Positions 18,032-26,016 of a DNA stretch of 34,516 bases are shown here, piece by piece. The position numbers and the translations under genes are program-made. Source of the stretch: a virus. The notes beneath the pieces were generated by a model, which saw nothing but the letters and a program-made list of their open reading frames with translations, did no database searches and was not told the origin of the DNA. Positions within the stretch are counted from its first letter, which is position 1, and each line of letters begins with the position of its first letter. Location of the stretch: the IMG/VR virus record IMGVR_UViG_3300030311_000011, positions 1-34,516 of that record. One strand, 5' to 3'.

Positions 18032-18504
18032 CGGTAGGTGCTTCGCATCGGGTTGAACCAGGGCCGGCGCGTGTAGCGCGGCATCATGTAGGCGGGGTCC
18101 GCGGGAGCGGATCCGTCCACGCTTTCCGGCAGCATGTCGCCCCGGGCATAGAGAGCCAGCATCGCGTCGGCCGATTCGGCGGCTTTCTGGCGCGTTTCGG
18201 TCAGGTTGAGCTGGTAGCGCAGGTAGAGCTGACGGATGATCATCGGCCATGCCAGGGCGCGCATGCTCTGCGGAATGTCGTACATGCCGCTGTTTTGGAG
18301 CGATTGCCGCAGGGCGAGGTTGTTGGCCAGCGCCCCGCGGATGGTCATGCAGACATCGTTGACCGCCTCCATCATGACACCCTGGTAGTCCAGGCTGCGC
18401 TGCTCCCCGGCCTTCACCAGGGCGTTGCGCTCCATGGTATTGAGGCCTAGAAGGCGGTCGGCTTCGTCCGTGGTGATCGTGGACCAGGCGGGAAAGGCGG
18501 ACAT
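18028..18504 (-). CDS. head-tail connector protein, Mu gp36 (DUF1320)-like
   Basis: 158 aa with an ATG start. IPQSMRALAWPMIIRQLYLRY...AAESADAMLALYARGDM matches the remembered gp36-family pattern. It lies directly after the capsid gene. Confidence 0.5.
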   Translation of the reverse strand: MSAFPAWSTITTDEADRLLGLNTMERNALVKAGEQRSLDYQGVMMEAVNDVCMTIRGALANNLALRQSLQNSGMYDIPQSMRALAWPMIIRQLYLRYQLNLTETRQKAAESADAMLALYARGDMLPESVDGSAPADPAYMMPRYTRRPWFNPMRSTYR

Positions 18505-18524
18505 GATGGAGGCGGGCGTTGGGG

Positions 18525-19391
18525 TTAATCGCCGGATGCCGTGTTGATGCGGATAATCGCGCCGGGGTTGGTCAGCTTGGTCAGCGAGTAAACCCGGTTG
18601 GTTACCTTCGTTTCCTTGTTGGTCGGGAAGTATTCCGTCGTTACTTCCCGGCGGAACTGTCCGTTCAACCCGAAGGTCTTGATAGCCGAGGCGTCAAACT
18701 GCGTCGGAGAATCTTCTTTGTAGAGGATGTAGACGTCGTCTTCCATCATTGTCTTCCCTTGACCGGAGGGATCGTAGAAAGGCATGTTGTTGACGTAGAC
18801 TTCCTTCATCCGCGTATACAGCGATCTGTTCAGCAGATCTTCGTCGAACAGGCCGACACTGTTGTGCGACACTACCTGCCTTGCCAGCGGGTTCGACCGA
18901 AGCCGGGCCCAGGCATTGGCACCGAAAACAATCGTATTCGGCATTTTCCCGGCAGTGGCATTGATGGTGCGGATCGCGTTGTCCAAATCCGTCAGCGGGT
19001 TTTTCTGCGCATTGTCCCAATCTCCATAACCGGACGCTGCCGGAACCTGGCTCTCGATGAGCTTGGCGCGCTGGTATTCGTAAGATGTGACGAATTTCGA
19101 TTCCAGGAAGCGGGCATGGGCAAGCAGAATCGCCTGCGCCTTTTCCCTGTTGACCCCCAGCATAATATCGGGAATCGGATCCGTAAGCGCGTACCCCTGC
19201 AGGGTATCGGTTTCGGTCCGTCCGAGCATGGAAGTCTGGCGGGGAGGTTCACCGGGCGCCACCTGGATGGGTTCCACCGTAAACGCGGCCGGCGTGTCCC
19301 ATACCATATACTGGAAGGAAATATCGTATACCGGGACGAGCGGAGCGATGCGGTTGATCATGGAGTCCCGTTCCGTATTCCCCGCTCCCAC
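18525..19391 (-). CDS. major capsid protein (HK97-fold, lambda gpE-like arrangement)
   Basis: 288 aa from GTG 19391; the first ATG is at 19361 (MINRIAPLVP...). It follows the protease/scaffold and a decoration-like gene, which is the lambda C/Nu3-D-E order. Confidence 0.65.
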   Translation of the reverse strand: MGAGNTERDSMINRIAPLVPVYDISFQYMVWDTPAAFTVEPIQVAPGEPPRQTSMLGRTETDTLQGYALTDPIPDIMLGVNREKAQAILLAHARFLESKFVTSYEYQRAKLIESQVPAASGYGDWDNAQKNPLTDLDNAIRTINATAGKMPNTIVFGANAWARLRSNPLARQVVSHNSVGLFDEDLLNRSLYTRMKEVYVNNMPFYDPSGQGKTMMEDDVYILYKEDSPTQFDASAIKTFGLNGQFRREVTTEYFPTNKETKVTNRVYSLTKLTNPGAIIRINTASGD

Positions 19392-19482
19392 GGAAAAGGC
19401 GGTCAGGACATCGGTAAACTGAACAGCTGAATAAAATAGATTAGCCCTTGTTGTTGGTCTTTCTAATGGTTAGAGGTGATGG

Positions 19483-19914
19483 TTAGGCGGCCGCAACCTG
19501 GTATGGAGCGACGAACCCGATTTCTATTTTTCCCGGTTCCCACGGTTCATGAATGACACGGGCATAGACGGTGTCGCCGCTGGCGGCGGCCTTCCAGGTC
19601 CCATTGGCGGTAATAGTCACAGGCGTCCCTACGCTGATGGTTCCGGGAGTCTCGGCAAGAGACGCCTTGACCAGTCCGGCATACATGCCGACCAGAACGG
19701 CGCAGCAGGTGCCCCGGTCGGGTTGGATTTGCGTGACAAGTCCGAGCAGCTGCGTCTGCGTGGGAAGAGCCGTCAGCGGGTTGCCGACAAGCTCGGGAAT
19801 ATCCGGGTTCCCGGTCAGCGATACGACGGATCCTTCCAGCGTGGACAGGTCAACGCCTTCCGGCGCGTTGAAGTAGACCTCGGCGTCCGTTTGGGTGATA
19901 TTGATTGATGGCAT
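19483..19914 (-). CDS. head decoration / DUF2190-like protein (by position)
   Basis: 143 aa, beta-rich, located between the protease/scaffold and the major capsid gene. Confidence 0.4.
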   Translation of the reverse strand: MPSINITQTDAEVYFNAPEGVDLSTLEGSVVSLTGNPDIPELVGNPLTALPTQTQLLGLVTQIQPDRGTCCAVLVGMYAGLVKASLAETPGTISVGTPVTITANGTWKAAASGDTVYARVIHEPWEPGKIEIGFVAPYQVAAA

Positions 19915-19935
19915 TGGTTTTGATCAGGTTGATGG

Positions 19936-21051
19936 TTAGCGTTCGGAGGTGACGATGTAGCCTTCCTCGGTGGCTTTTTGGAAGGCTTCATAGCGTTCCA
20001 TTCCTCCCTTCATCAGTTCGTCCACGCGGTTCTGGAATCCGTCGATGGATTCCTTCTTGCGGAACGGATTGGGAGGCATCAGGGTAACGCGGCGGTTCAG
20101 GGGCTGCCTTTTCGGCGGCTCTTTCTTCTCCGTCTCCTCTTTGTCCCTGGGTTGAGTCTGGCGGTTGAGCGCCCTGACAAAGGCGTCCAGCGCGGCGGGG
20201 CTTTCCCGGAGAGAGTTTTTCAGCTCTTCCCGGCGTTCTTCCGTGAATTCCTCGCGTTCTTCTTCGTCCAGCGCGTTTTCGTACGTGCTGACGGCGTCGT
20301 CCACTTCGGCGTTCACGTGGTCTTTCTCACGCTTTTCCAGCGAGAGCAGTTCGTCAAGGCGTCCGAGGATAGCCCTGCTCATGTCGTCGGTGCCGTCAAA
20401 TTCGACATCCAGCTTGTCAAGCAGGGAATCAAACAGGGCCCGCTGGGCCTTGTCCATTTCCTTGGACGGATATTCTCTATCGTCGTTGTCCATATTGGTG
20501 TTCTGGGTTGTTTCCCCCTCTTCGGGGCTTTTGGTGTCGCCCCCGGACTCGTAGTTGGAGTCGGGGGAAGTCTCTCGATTGACCAGCGGCCGCTTGCCCT
20601 TGATACGGGGTCGGTTGGTCAGGGCGAATCCGGTCAGCCGTGACGGACGGTAAACGCCGTCCTTGAAGGACATCCCGTCGCCGTATTCGGTGGATGATTG
20701 CGTGTATTCTTTGTCCTCCAGCATCTTCAGTCCGCGCGGCGTCCATTCGATGAACCCGTACAGTTCCAGCGTGCCGGAAGGGTCTCGGTAGGTGTCCAGA
20801 TTCTTGAGCCATCCGAGCGCCCGCGTATCGCGGGAAAGGTCGTGGCTCAGGTGGTCGCCGTCGATGAGCATGCCTGGGCCGTCAAAGGTGCGGGCGTTGA
20901 AGTCGTCCACCATGTCCCTGATCGCCTGCTCGTCGATGCGCAGCACGGCGGGGCCTTCGCCGTAGTCGACGTCATGGTCCCCGCTTTTTTCAACGTGGAA
21001 CCAGCCGTTGGCGGGTCTGGACAGGTCATTGATTTGTCTGGAACTGATCAT
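19936..21051 (-). CDS. prohead protease/scaffold, Mu gpI-like
   Basis: 371 aa with an ATG start. LIDGDHLSH...ALGWLKNL...LELYGFIEWTPRGLKMLEDKEY...LTGFALTNRPRI matches the Mu-like prophage protein I pattern. The C-terminal half is acidic coiled coil (scaffold-like). Confidence 0.7.
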   Translation of the reverse strand: MISSRQINDLSRPANGWFHVEKSGDHDVDYGEGPAVLRIDEQAIRDMVDDFNARTFDGPGMLIDGDHLSHDLSRDTRALGWLKNLDTYRDPSGTLELYGFIEWTPRGLKMLEDKEYTQSSTEYGDGMSFKDGVYRPSRLTGFALTNRPRIKGKRPLVNRETSPDSNYESGGDTKSPEEGETTQNTNMDNDDREYPSKEMDKAQRALFDSLLDKLDVEFDGTDDMSRAILGRLDELLSLEKREKDHVNAEVDDAVSTYENALDEEEREEFTEERREELKNSLRESPAALDAFVRALNRQTQPRDKEETEKKEPPKRQPLNRRVTLMPPNPFRKKESIDGFQNRVDELMKGGMERYEAFQKATEEGYIVTSER

Positions 21052-22219
21052 CGGTAAATCCTTTCATGAGGCCGGCGTAAATCATCTGCTGCAACTGTTC
21101 GTAGGCGTCGGGTGGAATGAGGGATGCGGGGCCATCCCTGTTGACTGCCGCCATCGCCGGAACGGGCTCCCTTGAGTCCTCGATCGACATGCCGATCTTT
21201 TCTTCGATTTCGGTTTTCTCCGGACGGACGCCTCCGTCCGCAAGGGCGGCGATTTCCTCGGCCTTCTGCAATGGCGTCTGGACGGTGTCAAAGGTGATGT
21301 GGAGGCGGGCCAGCGGTTCGCCGTCTCCCAATATAAGCGGGCTGATGGCGGTGTTGAACGCTTCCGCCACTTTGGAGCAGACGGCGGATACCACCGCATT
21401 CCAGCTGTCCGTATGGGCGGACCCGGCCAGCGTGCCGGATCCTGATTCGTTCAGTACGGTCAGGGTTCCAGCCATGACAAAACGCACCTGGTCTTTGTCG
21501 GCCATGTTGATGCGTGAAAGAAAATAGTTTTCGTTGATATTGGACGCCTTGAGCGGTTCCGCCTTGCAGTCAGGAGGCAGCACGATGGAGGCGCCTGATT
21601 TAAGCTGTTCGCAAGCCCGTTCCAGCGCGTCCATGACGGCGGCGCTCGCGTCCTTTGGGGCGGTGATGATGACCGGGGCGCTTCCGTACCGGTCCATGTG
21701 GTTGTCCCACGTTATCTTTGCGTGGTTGCGCTCAAAGGAGGCGCGGGCTGCCGGGAACAGGATGGGATACCGGTGTTCCATCACGACGAGCGTTTCGTCT
21801 TCCACGCTTTCCCCGGTGTCTACGCCGATATAGCACTGTGGGTTGAACTGCCACTCGTTCAACACTCCCGGCCGCACCCAATAACGCTGCGGGATGAATT
21901 CAAAGCGGCGGCCCCATGAATCCTCGATGTATTGGAGGTGGGCGTATCCATAAAACATGGCGGAAGCCAGCTGTCCAAAAGACTGCTGCAGCCCGTTGAC
22001 GGAGTGATAGAATTCTTCCAGGGCGTTTTTCTGGCGCTGGGCCTCCGGGCTGTCGTCCGCGGCGTCAATCTTCCAGCCCTGCATGGCGACGCTTTCCACC
22101 ATGCGCGAATACAGCATGCCCAGCAACCCGTCCGAATAAATGATTTCGTCCCAGATTAGCATTTGCCGGGCAAAGGCTCCCCGCCGGGCTTCATTTCTGG
22201 CCTCCACCAGGGTGCTCAA
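21026..22219 (-). CDS. portal protein, Mu gp29 (DUF935)-like; 5' end unresolved
   Basis: 397 aa from TTG 22219. The position between TerL and the protease fits a portal. The frame stays open for 85 more codons upstream with no ATG/GTG/TTG (see findings). Confidence 0.6.
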   Translation of the reverse strand: MSTLVEARNEARRGAFARQMLIWDEIIYSDGLLGMLYSRMVESVAMQGWKIDAADDSPEAQRQKNALEEFYHSVNGLQQSFGQLASAMFYGYAHLQYIEDSWGRRFEFIPQRYWVRPGVLNEWQFNPQCYIGVDTGESVEDETLVVMEHRYPILFPAARASFERNHAKITWDNHMDRYGSAPVIITAPKDASAAVMDALERACEQLKSGASIVLPPDCKAEPLKASNINENYFLSRINMADKDQVRFVMAGTLTVLNESGSGTLAGSAHTDSWNAVVSAVCSKVAEAFNTAISPLILGDGEPLARLHITFDTVQTPLQKAEEIAALADGGVRPEKTEIEEKIGMSIEDSREPVPAMAAVNRDGPASLIPPDAYEQLQQMIYAGLMKGFTDDQFQTNQ

Positions 22220-22534
22220 GTCGGCGCCCTGCAGCGGGTCCCAGTATTCATACCATTGGGGACGGTTGGGCTGCCGGCTTTGTTCCGTCAGGGCTCGCCG
22301 GGCGAGATCCGTCTCCAGCTCCTTGATTCTGGTCTCCTGTTGGGCGACCAGCTTCGGAGCGTTGAGTATATTTTTTAATGCGTTGAACCTGATCCGGAAG
22401 CGAAAGAAAATGGTGGTTGCAGGGGAAAGAATTGGACTTTCAATTCGGGGACAGGAACCCCGCGTGATACCGTTTCACCACCCTGCGATTGATTACATAT
22501 CGTCATATACGGATATATTGATATGTTGTCAACC

Positions 22535-23842
22535 CTAATATCTCCCGATGGATCGTTTGGATGACACGGGACGCGAGTACCAGGCTCCCAGCGTCCGGGC
22601 CAGTCCGCTGTGCCGGCGCGCGTGCCAGGCCATGACGAGGGCGTCGGCGCGGTCGGGAGAACGGACGCCCCGTTTCGCCATGTCTTCCTTGCTTTCGATT
22701 TTGACGCGGCCGATCGCGTCGGTTTGGAGCCGGGGCGCTACCAGCTGCTCAATCGTGTCATCGTCAATGTCGAGGATGAGTTCCTTTTCTTCGATGGCTC
22801 GGGCCAGGGCCCGCCATGCCTGGGCGCGGAGGTTGACAAAGGCCTGCGTATCGTCCGCCGGGAAGCCGCCCCGGTAGGAATGCACCGGGAAGCCCTCGGC
22901 GCGGAAGTCGTCAATGATGGGGAGTCCTAGGCCGTCTCCGTCCGCGTAAATGCGGTCGGCGGGGATGCCGAGTTCGGCCGCCCGGCGGCGGAACCGTCCG
23001 CGCGCTCCTACCGTATCCGGATCCGACCAGTGGTCGGCGATGAAGAATCGGTTGCCCTGGCCGGCCGCGAAGACGTTTTCGTCGCCTCCGGCCGCGAAAT
23101 CGAAGCCGCCGCAGGTCTCCCCGGTGTCCCGGAAGGGAGGCGGGTTGTTGACCAGCTCCATGAGGGCGCGCCGGGGAATGACGGACTGACCGTCGAGGTC
23201 GGTGAATTCGCCGAGGATGGCGGAGCGGTAGAAGGAGGACTGTTCGCCATATTCTTTTTTCAGGCGGTCGGCCTTGCCCGGGTCGTTGATCTCAATGTGG
23301 GGGCAGTCCTCGTATTTGACGCGGATTTTGTAGTAGAGGGATGAATTTTTGTGGAAGCAGTCGTAGAAGGTGCCGGAATCGGATCCCGGCGACGAGGTGA
23401 TGAACGCGTGGAAGAGCGTGCAGCGGGAAACGGCGGTGAAGATGGAGTCCGGGATGGTTTTGGCCTCGTCAAGAACATAAAAGACGGGGTCCACGTCGGG
23501 CGAGATTTTCGGGTGCCATCCTTCCGCGCGGCCGGCGTTGTCGGTCGAGAAGCCCACGGCAAAGCCTCCCTCCGGCGTGCGAATCTCGGTTTTGTTGAAT
23601 GTCCAGCCGTCAAAGAAAGGGTTATCCATGTAGCGGCGGAGCGCGGGAAAGAGCTGCTTTTCCACCTGCATCCACGACGACGACGTGACCGGCACCTGAC
23701 CCCGAGGGAAGCAGGTGAGGAAGTACAGGATGGCCGGAGCGATGCAGTTGCTCGTCTTGCCGGATCCGTTGGGGGCGACCAGAGCCACGCTTTTCCCTCC
23801 CAGGGTCAGCTTGCCGAGGGACAACGCCTTGATGGCCTCCAC
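22535..23842 (-). CDS. terL: terminase large subunit
   Basis: 435 aa from GTG 23842. It has Walker A VAPNGSGKTS, Walker B VFYVLDEA and a C-terminal RNaseH-like nuclease region (GGFDFAAGGDENV). The true start may lie upstream. Confidence 0.85.
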   Translation of the reverse strand: MEAIKALSLGKLTLGGKSVALVAPNGSGKTSNCIAPAILYFLTCFPRGQVPVTSSSWMQVEKQLFPALRRYMDNPFFDGWTFNKTEIRTPEGGFAVGFSTDNAGRAEGWHPKISPDVDPVFYVLDEAKTIPDSIFTAVSRCTLFHAFITSSPGSDSGTFYDCFHKNSSLYYKIRVKYEDCPHIEINDPGKADRLKKEYGEQSSFYRSAILGEFTDLDGQSVIPRRALMELVNNPPPFRDTGETCGGFDFAAGGDENVFAAGQGNRFFIADHWSDPDTVGARGRFRRRAAELGIPADRIYADGDGLGLPIIDDFRAEGFPVHSYRGGFPADDTQAFVNLRAQAWRALARAIEEKELILDIDDDTIEQLVAPRLQTDAIGRVKIESKEDMAKRGVRSPDRADALVMAWHARRHSGLARTLGAWYSRPVSSKRSIGRY

Positions 23843-23914
23843 CTGCCAGGGATAGGGATCCAGGCGGAGGACATGGCGAAGAAAGAAGCTGACGGGGAGG
23901 CGTGTCCTGGTCTG

Positions 23915-24346
23915 TTAAGCGTGGAGTTTGCCGGCGATGGTTTCCAGCGCGGTTTTCTCGTCTTCCTGCAGCTGGGCCAGCTGCTCGGGGTCCAGGGTGA
24001 TTTTCCGTTCCAGCGGCGCGCCGGGAACGCCGGCGACATCCTGACGGACCCGGTCGCCGAATTTTTCAGGGGCGAATCGGGCGGCGACTTTCAGCCGCGT
24101 TTCGATGGCCAGCTTTTTGGCGGCTACAGCGGCGGAACCGCATTCCGGGTCGAGGGCGACTTTCGCGGCCTCGTCGGCCAGCTCCTGACAAGCGTCAAGC
24201 ATGGCTTCCGACTGCGCTTCCCGCGCGCGTTGAATAAGTTGGGAAAAGTCCGGCCTGGTTTGCCGCCAGTTCCAGACGGTCCAGACGTCCGGCATGTGGT
24301 TGTCGGCGCAGATGGATTTCATGGTTTCGCCATTGGCTAGCCGCAC
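23915..24346 (-). CDS. terS: terminase small subunit; 5' end unresolved
   Basis: 143 aa from GTG 24346. RLANGETMKSICADNHMPDVWTVWNWRQTRPDFSQLIQRAREAQSEAM...KLAIETRLKVAARFAPEKFGDR matches the remembered HTH-type small-terminase pattern. Confidence 0.7.
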   Translation of the reverse strand: MRLANGETMKSICADNHMPDVWTVWNWRQTRPDFSQLIQRAREAQSEAMLDACQELADEAAKVALDPECGSAAVAAKKLAIETRLKVAARFAPEKFGDRVRQDVAGVPGAPLERKITLDPEQLAQLQEDEKTALETIAGKLHA

Positions 24347-24522
24347 GGCGATCTCCTGGGCTAAATCCTCGGTGTAGAGGCTCGGCCGTCCCGGTTTTCT
24401 TTTGGTTGTAGGTGATGCTTTCTTTTTCCTGCGGTTGAAGTTTACTGGTTCAAGGAAACGGAATCAAGATTCAAGGTGGATACAGTCGCTTATCCTTCAT
24501 CCTCCCAGTCCAATTTCCTCCC

Positions 24523-25266
24523 TCATTGTTCGGATTTCCTCTGGTAATCGATCTCCCGGTATGATTGCCAGTCGCAGGTGATGATGATGCCGCAAAGGTG
24601 GATGCGGGAAACAATGGCTGGTCCAAGACGATCTTCCAGGGCTGTAGGGTTGTAGTTGGCGATAAGGATGGTCGGCTTACCGTTCTGGTGCCGGTAATCA
24701 ATGAGTCTTTCCAGCGCTGGTCCCGTAAATTCAGTATCCTTAACCTCGTGATATTCGTCGAGCACCAACAGATACGGCGCCTTGTATCGGTGCATGACGG
24801 TGGATTCCGATCCATTTCCGTTAAATGTCTCCCTCAAAGCCATCGTGTAATCGTAAGCCTTGGAATAAAGGACGCGCTTCTTCCGCCTGTACATGACACG
24901 CCCCAGAAACGTGCTCAATACCGTTTTCCCGGTGCCATAGCGCCCGTTCAGCACAATGATGCTCCCAGGCGTTAAAACGGTGCGGTAGGCATCACGGAGC
25001 GCTTTCTTCCACGGTTCTCCGGTTACTTCATCGAGACAATCAAGAGCACGGCGGGGAAATCCGCGGTCAATCAGGCCCAGGCGTTCGTACGTCGCCCGTC
25101 GTTCTTCTTCCCGCTGCTTCTCGGCAGCCAGTGCTTCCGCCTCCATCTCTTCGATGGTTTTTCCGTCATCTGCAGCCAGCGCTTCCAGTGACGTCAGGAG
25201 GCTGTCTATTTTTCCGTCCAGGACTTTCCTAGCGTCAATGGGGTCGTCAATCTTTCCAGAGGTCAT
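24523..25266 (-). CDS. DnaC/IstB-like AAA+ helicase loader
   Basis: 247 aa with Walker A LNGRYGTGKT and Walker B YLLVLDEYH. It follows the replication organiser gene. Confidence 0.75.
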   Translation of the reverse strand: MTSGKIDDPIDARKVLDGKIDSLLTSLEALAADDGKTIEEMEAEALAAEKQREEERRATYERLGLIDRGFPRRALDCLDEVTGEPWKKALRDAYRTVLTPGSIIVLNGRYGTGKTVLSTFLGRVMYRRKKRVLYSKAYDYTMALRETFNGNGSESTVMHRYKAPYLLVLDEYHEVKDTEFTGPALERLIDYRHQNGKPTILIANYNPTALEDRLGPAIVSRIHLCGIIITCDWQSYREIDYQRKSEQ

Positions 25267-26014
25267 CTCTTCTTGATGGTTTAAATGTTGATTTTAGCGG
25301 GGATCCCGCAGCATGGGAGGATTTCAGCACGGATGCGTCCGCATTGTTCCGCGCCCAGGTAGCGGCGTATTGGCGGGCCATCGGTCGCCAATCCGAGAGA
25401 GGCACGCCGTGCCTGTTCCGCCACCCAACGGCGGACTGCTCGTTGAAAAAACGTTCGGCACACCGTGTCAGCTCGTCTCCGATCGGGTGCAGTGCCTGGG
25501 CGGCCATAAAACGACCCACCTCGGAAACGTCATGAGGAAATTGGCGGACTTCGCGCCCGGTTGTAGTTGTAGTAGTAGTATCTTCTTCTCTTCTCTTCTC
25601 TGGTAACGGTTTTTGTAACGCTCCGAGCGTTACATTTGCGTTACATGTTTTTGCAACTCGCTCATTATGAGCTTTTCTACTATTCGCAACACGGCGGTTC
25701 GTATTGGCCCTATTTTTGGCGGTTTGGCCGTTGTGGCGGTCAAAATTGGGGATTGAAAGGAGGCCCTCGCGTCCATTCAACCAGCCGACTTTGACAAGCC
25801 CGGCGGCGAAGCCGGGGCAGAATACGAGACGGTCGAGAAACGAATTTGTAACGGTAATGGCGTTACCAGAGACGGATTGCTGATCGGCCCAAATCCAGAG
25901 GCGAAGAAGCTTGCCAACCACGGCATCCTGATCAATGCCAAGGATGCCGGCCAGCTTCACCACTTCCGGTTTGTCGGGCGTCGTGTGTTCAACTTTGATC
26001 CAGTCTCCGGCCAT
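25247..26014 (-). CDS. phage replication initiator/organiser protein
   Basis: The ATG at 26014 (MAGDWIKVEHTTPDKPEVVKLAGILGIDQDAVVGKLLRLWIWADQQS) matches the typical N-terminal winged-helix pattern of replisome organisers. It has a Thr7 linker and is partnered with the DnaC-like loader. Confidence 0.6.
   Translation of the reverse strand: MAGDWIKVEHTTPDKPEVVKLAGILGIDQDAVVGKLLRLWIWADQQSVSGNAITVTNSFLDRLVFCPGFAAGLVKVGWLNGREGLLSIPNFDRHNGQTAKNRANTNRRVANSRKAHNERVAKTCNANVTLGALQKPLPEKRREEDTTTTTTTGREVRQFPHDVSEVGRFMAAQALHPIGDELTRCAERFFNEQSAVGWRNRHGVPLSDWRPMARQYAATWARNNADASVLKSSHAAGSPLKSTFKPSRRDDLWKD
25603..25646. promoter_or_regulatory. candidate replication origin iterons inside the replication gene
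   Basis: GTAACG occurs at 25603-25608 and 25615-25620, and its complement CGTTAC at 25628-25633 and 25639-25644 (11-12 bp phasing). These are flanked by a T-rich stretch. Confidence 0.4.
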
Positions 26015-26016
26015 AA

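Noticed and set aside
18519-19430. A 303-aa + strand ORF almost exactly coextensive with the capsid gene. Similar long antisense ORFs occur at 10823-11755, 13744-14559, 23351-24340 and 28460-29383.
   Set aside because: They are mirror-frame shadow ORFs of GC-rich genes. Their translations are R/G/P/H-rich with no motifs, whereas the - strand products have recognisable phage families and tight operon spacing.
22411-22483. GGTGGTT and TCACCACC half-sites in the TerL-portal spacer that resemble the RHH-region inverted repeat.
   Set aside because: They are only half-sites about 55 nt apart, in an orientation that does not form the same palindrome. A 7-8-mer match is expected by chance in 34 kb.
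22220-24466. Stop-codon reassignment (TGA or TAA read as sense) as an explanation for the start-less 5' extensions of TerS, TerL and the portal.
   Set aside because: All three stop codons terminate well-defined genes in this prophage. Reading through the upstream TGA of TerS or the portal runs into further stops (TGA or TAA, respectively) within about 10 codons without reaching a start.
24464-24500. A prfB-like +1 frameshift from the 9-codon SD-led ORF (ATG AAG GAT AAG CGA CTG TAT CCA CCT TGA) into the TerS frame.
   Set aside because: A +1 shift at CCT TGA enters the TerS frame, but it meets the TGA at 24464-24466 after two codons.
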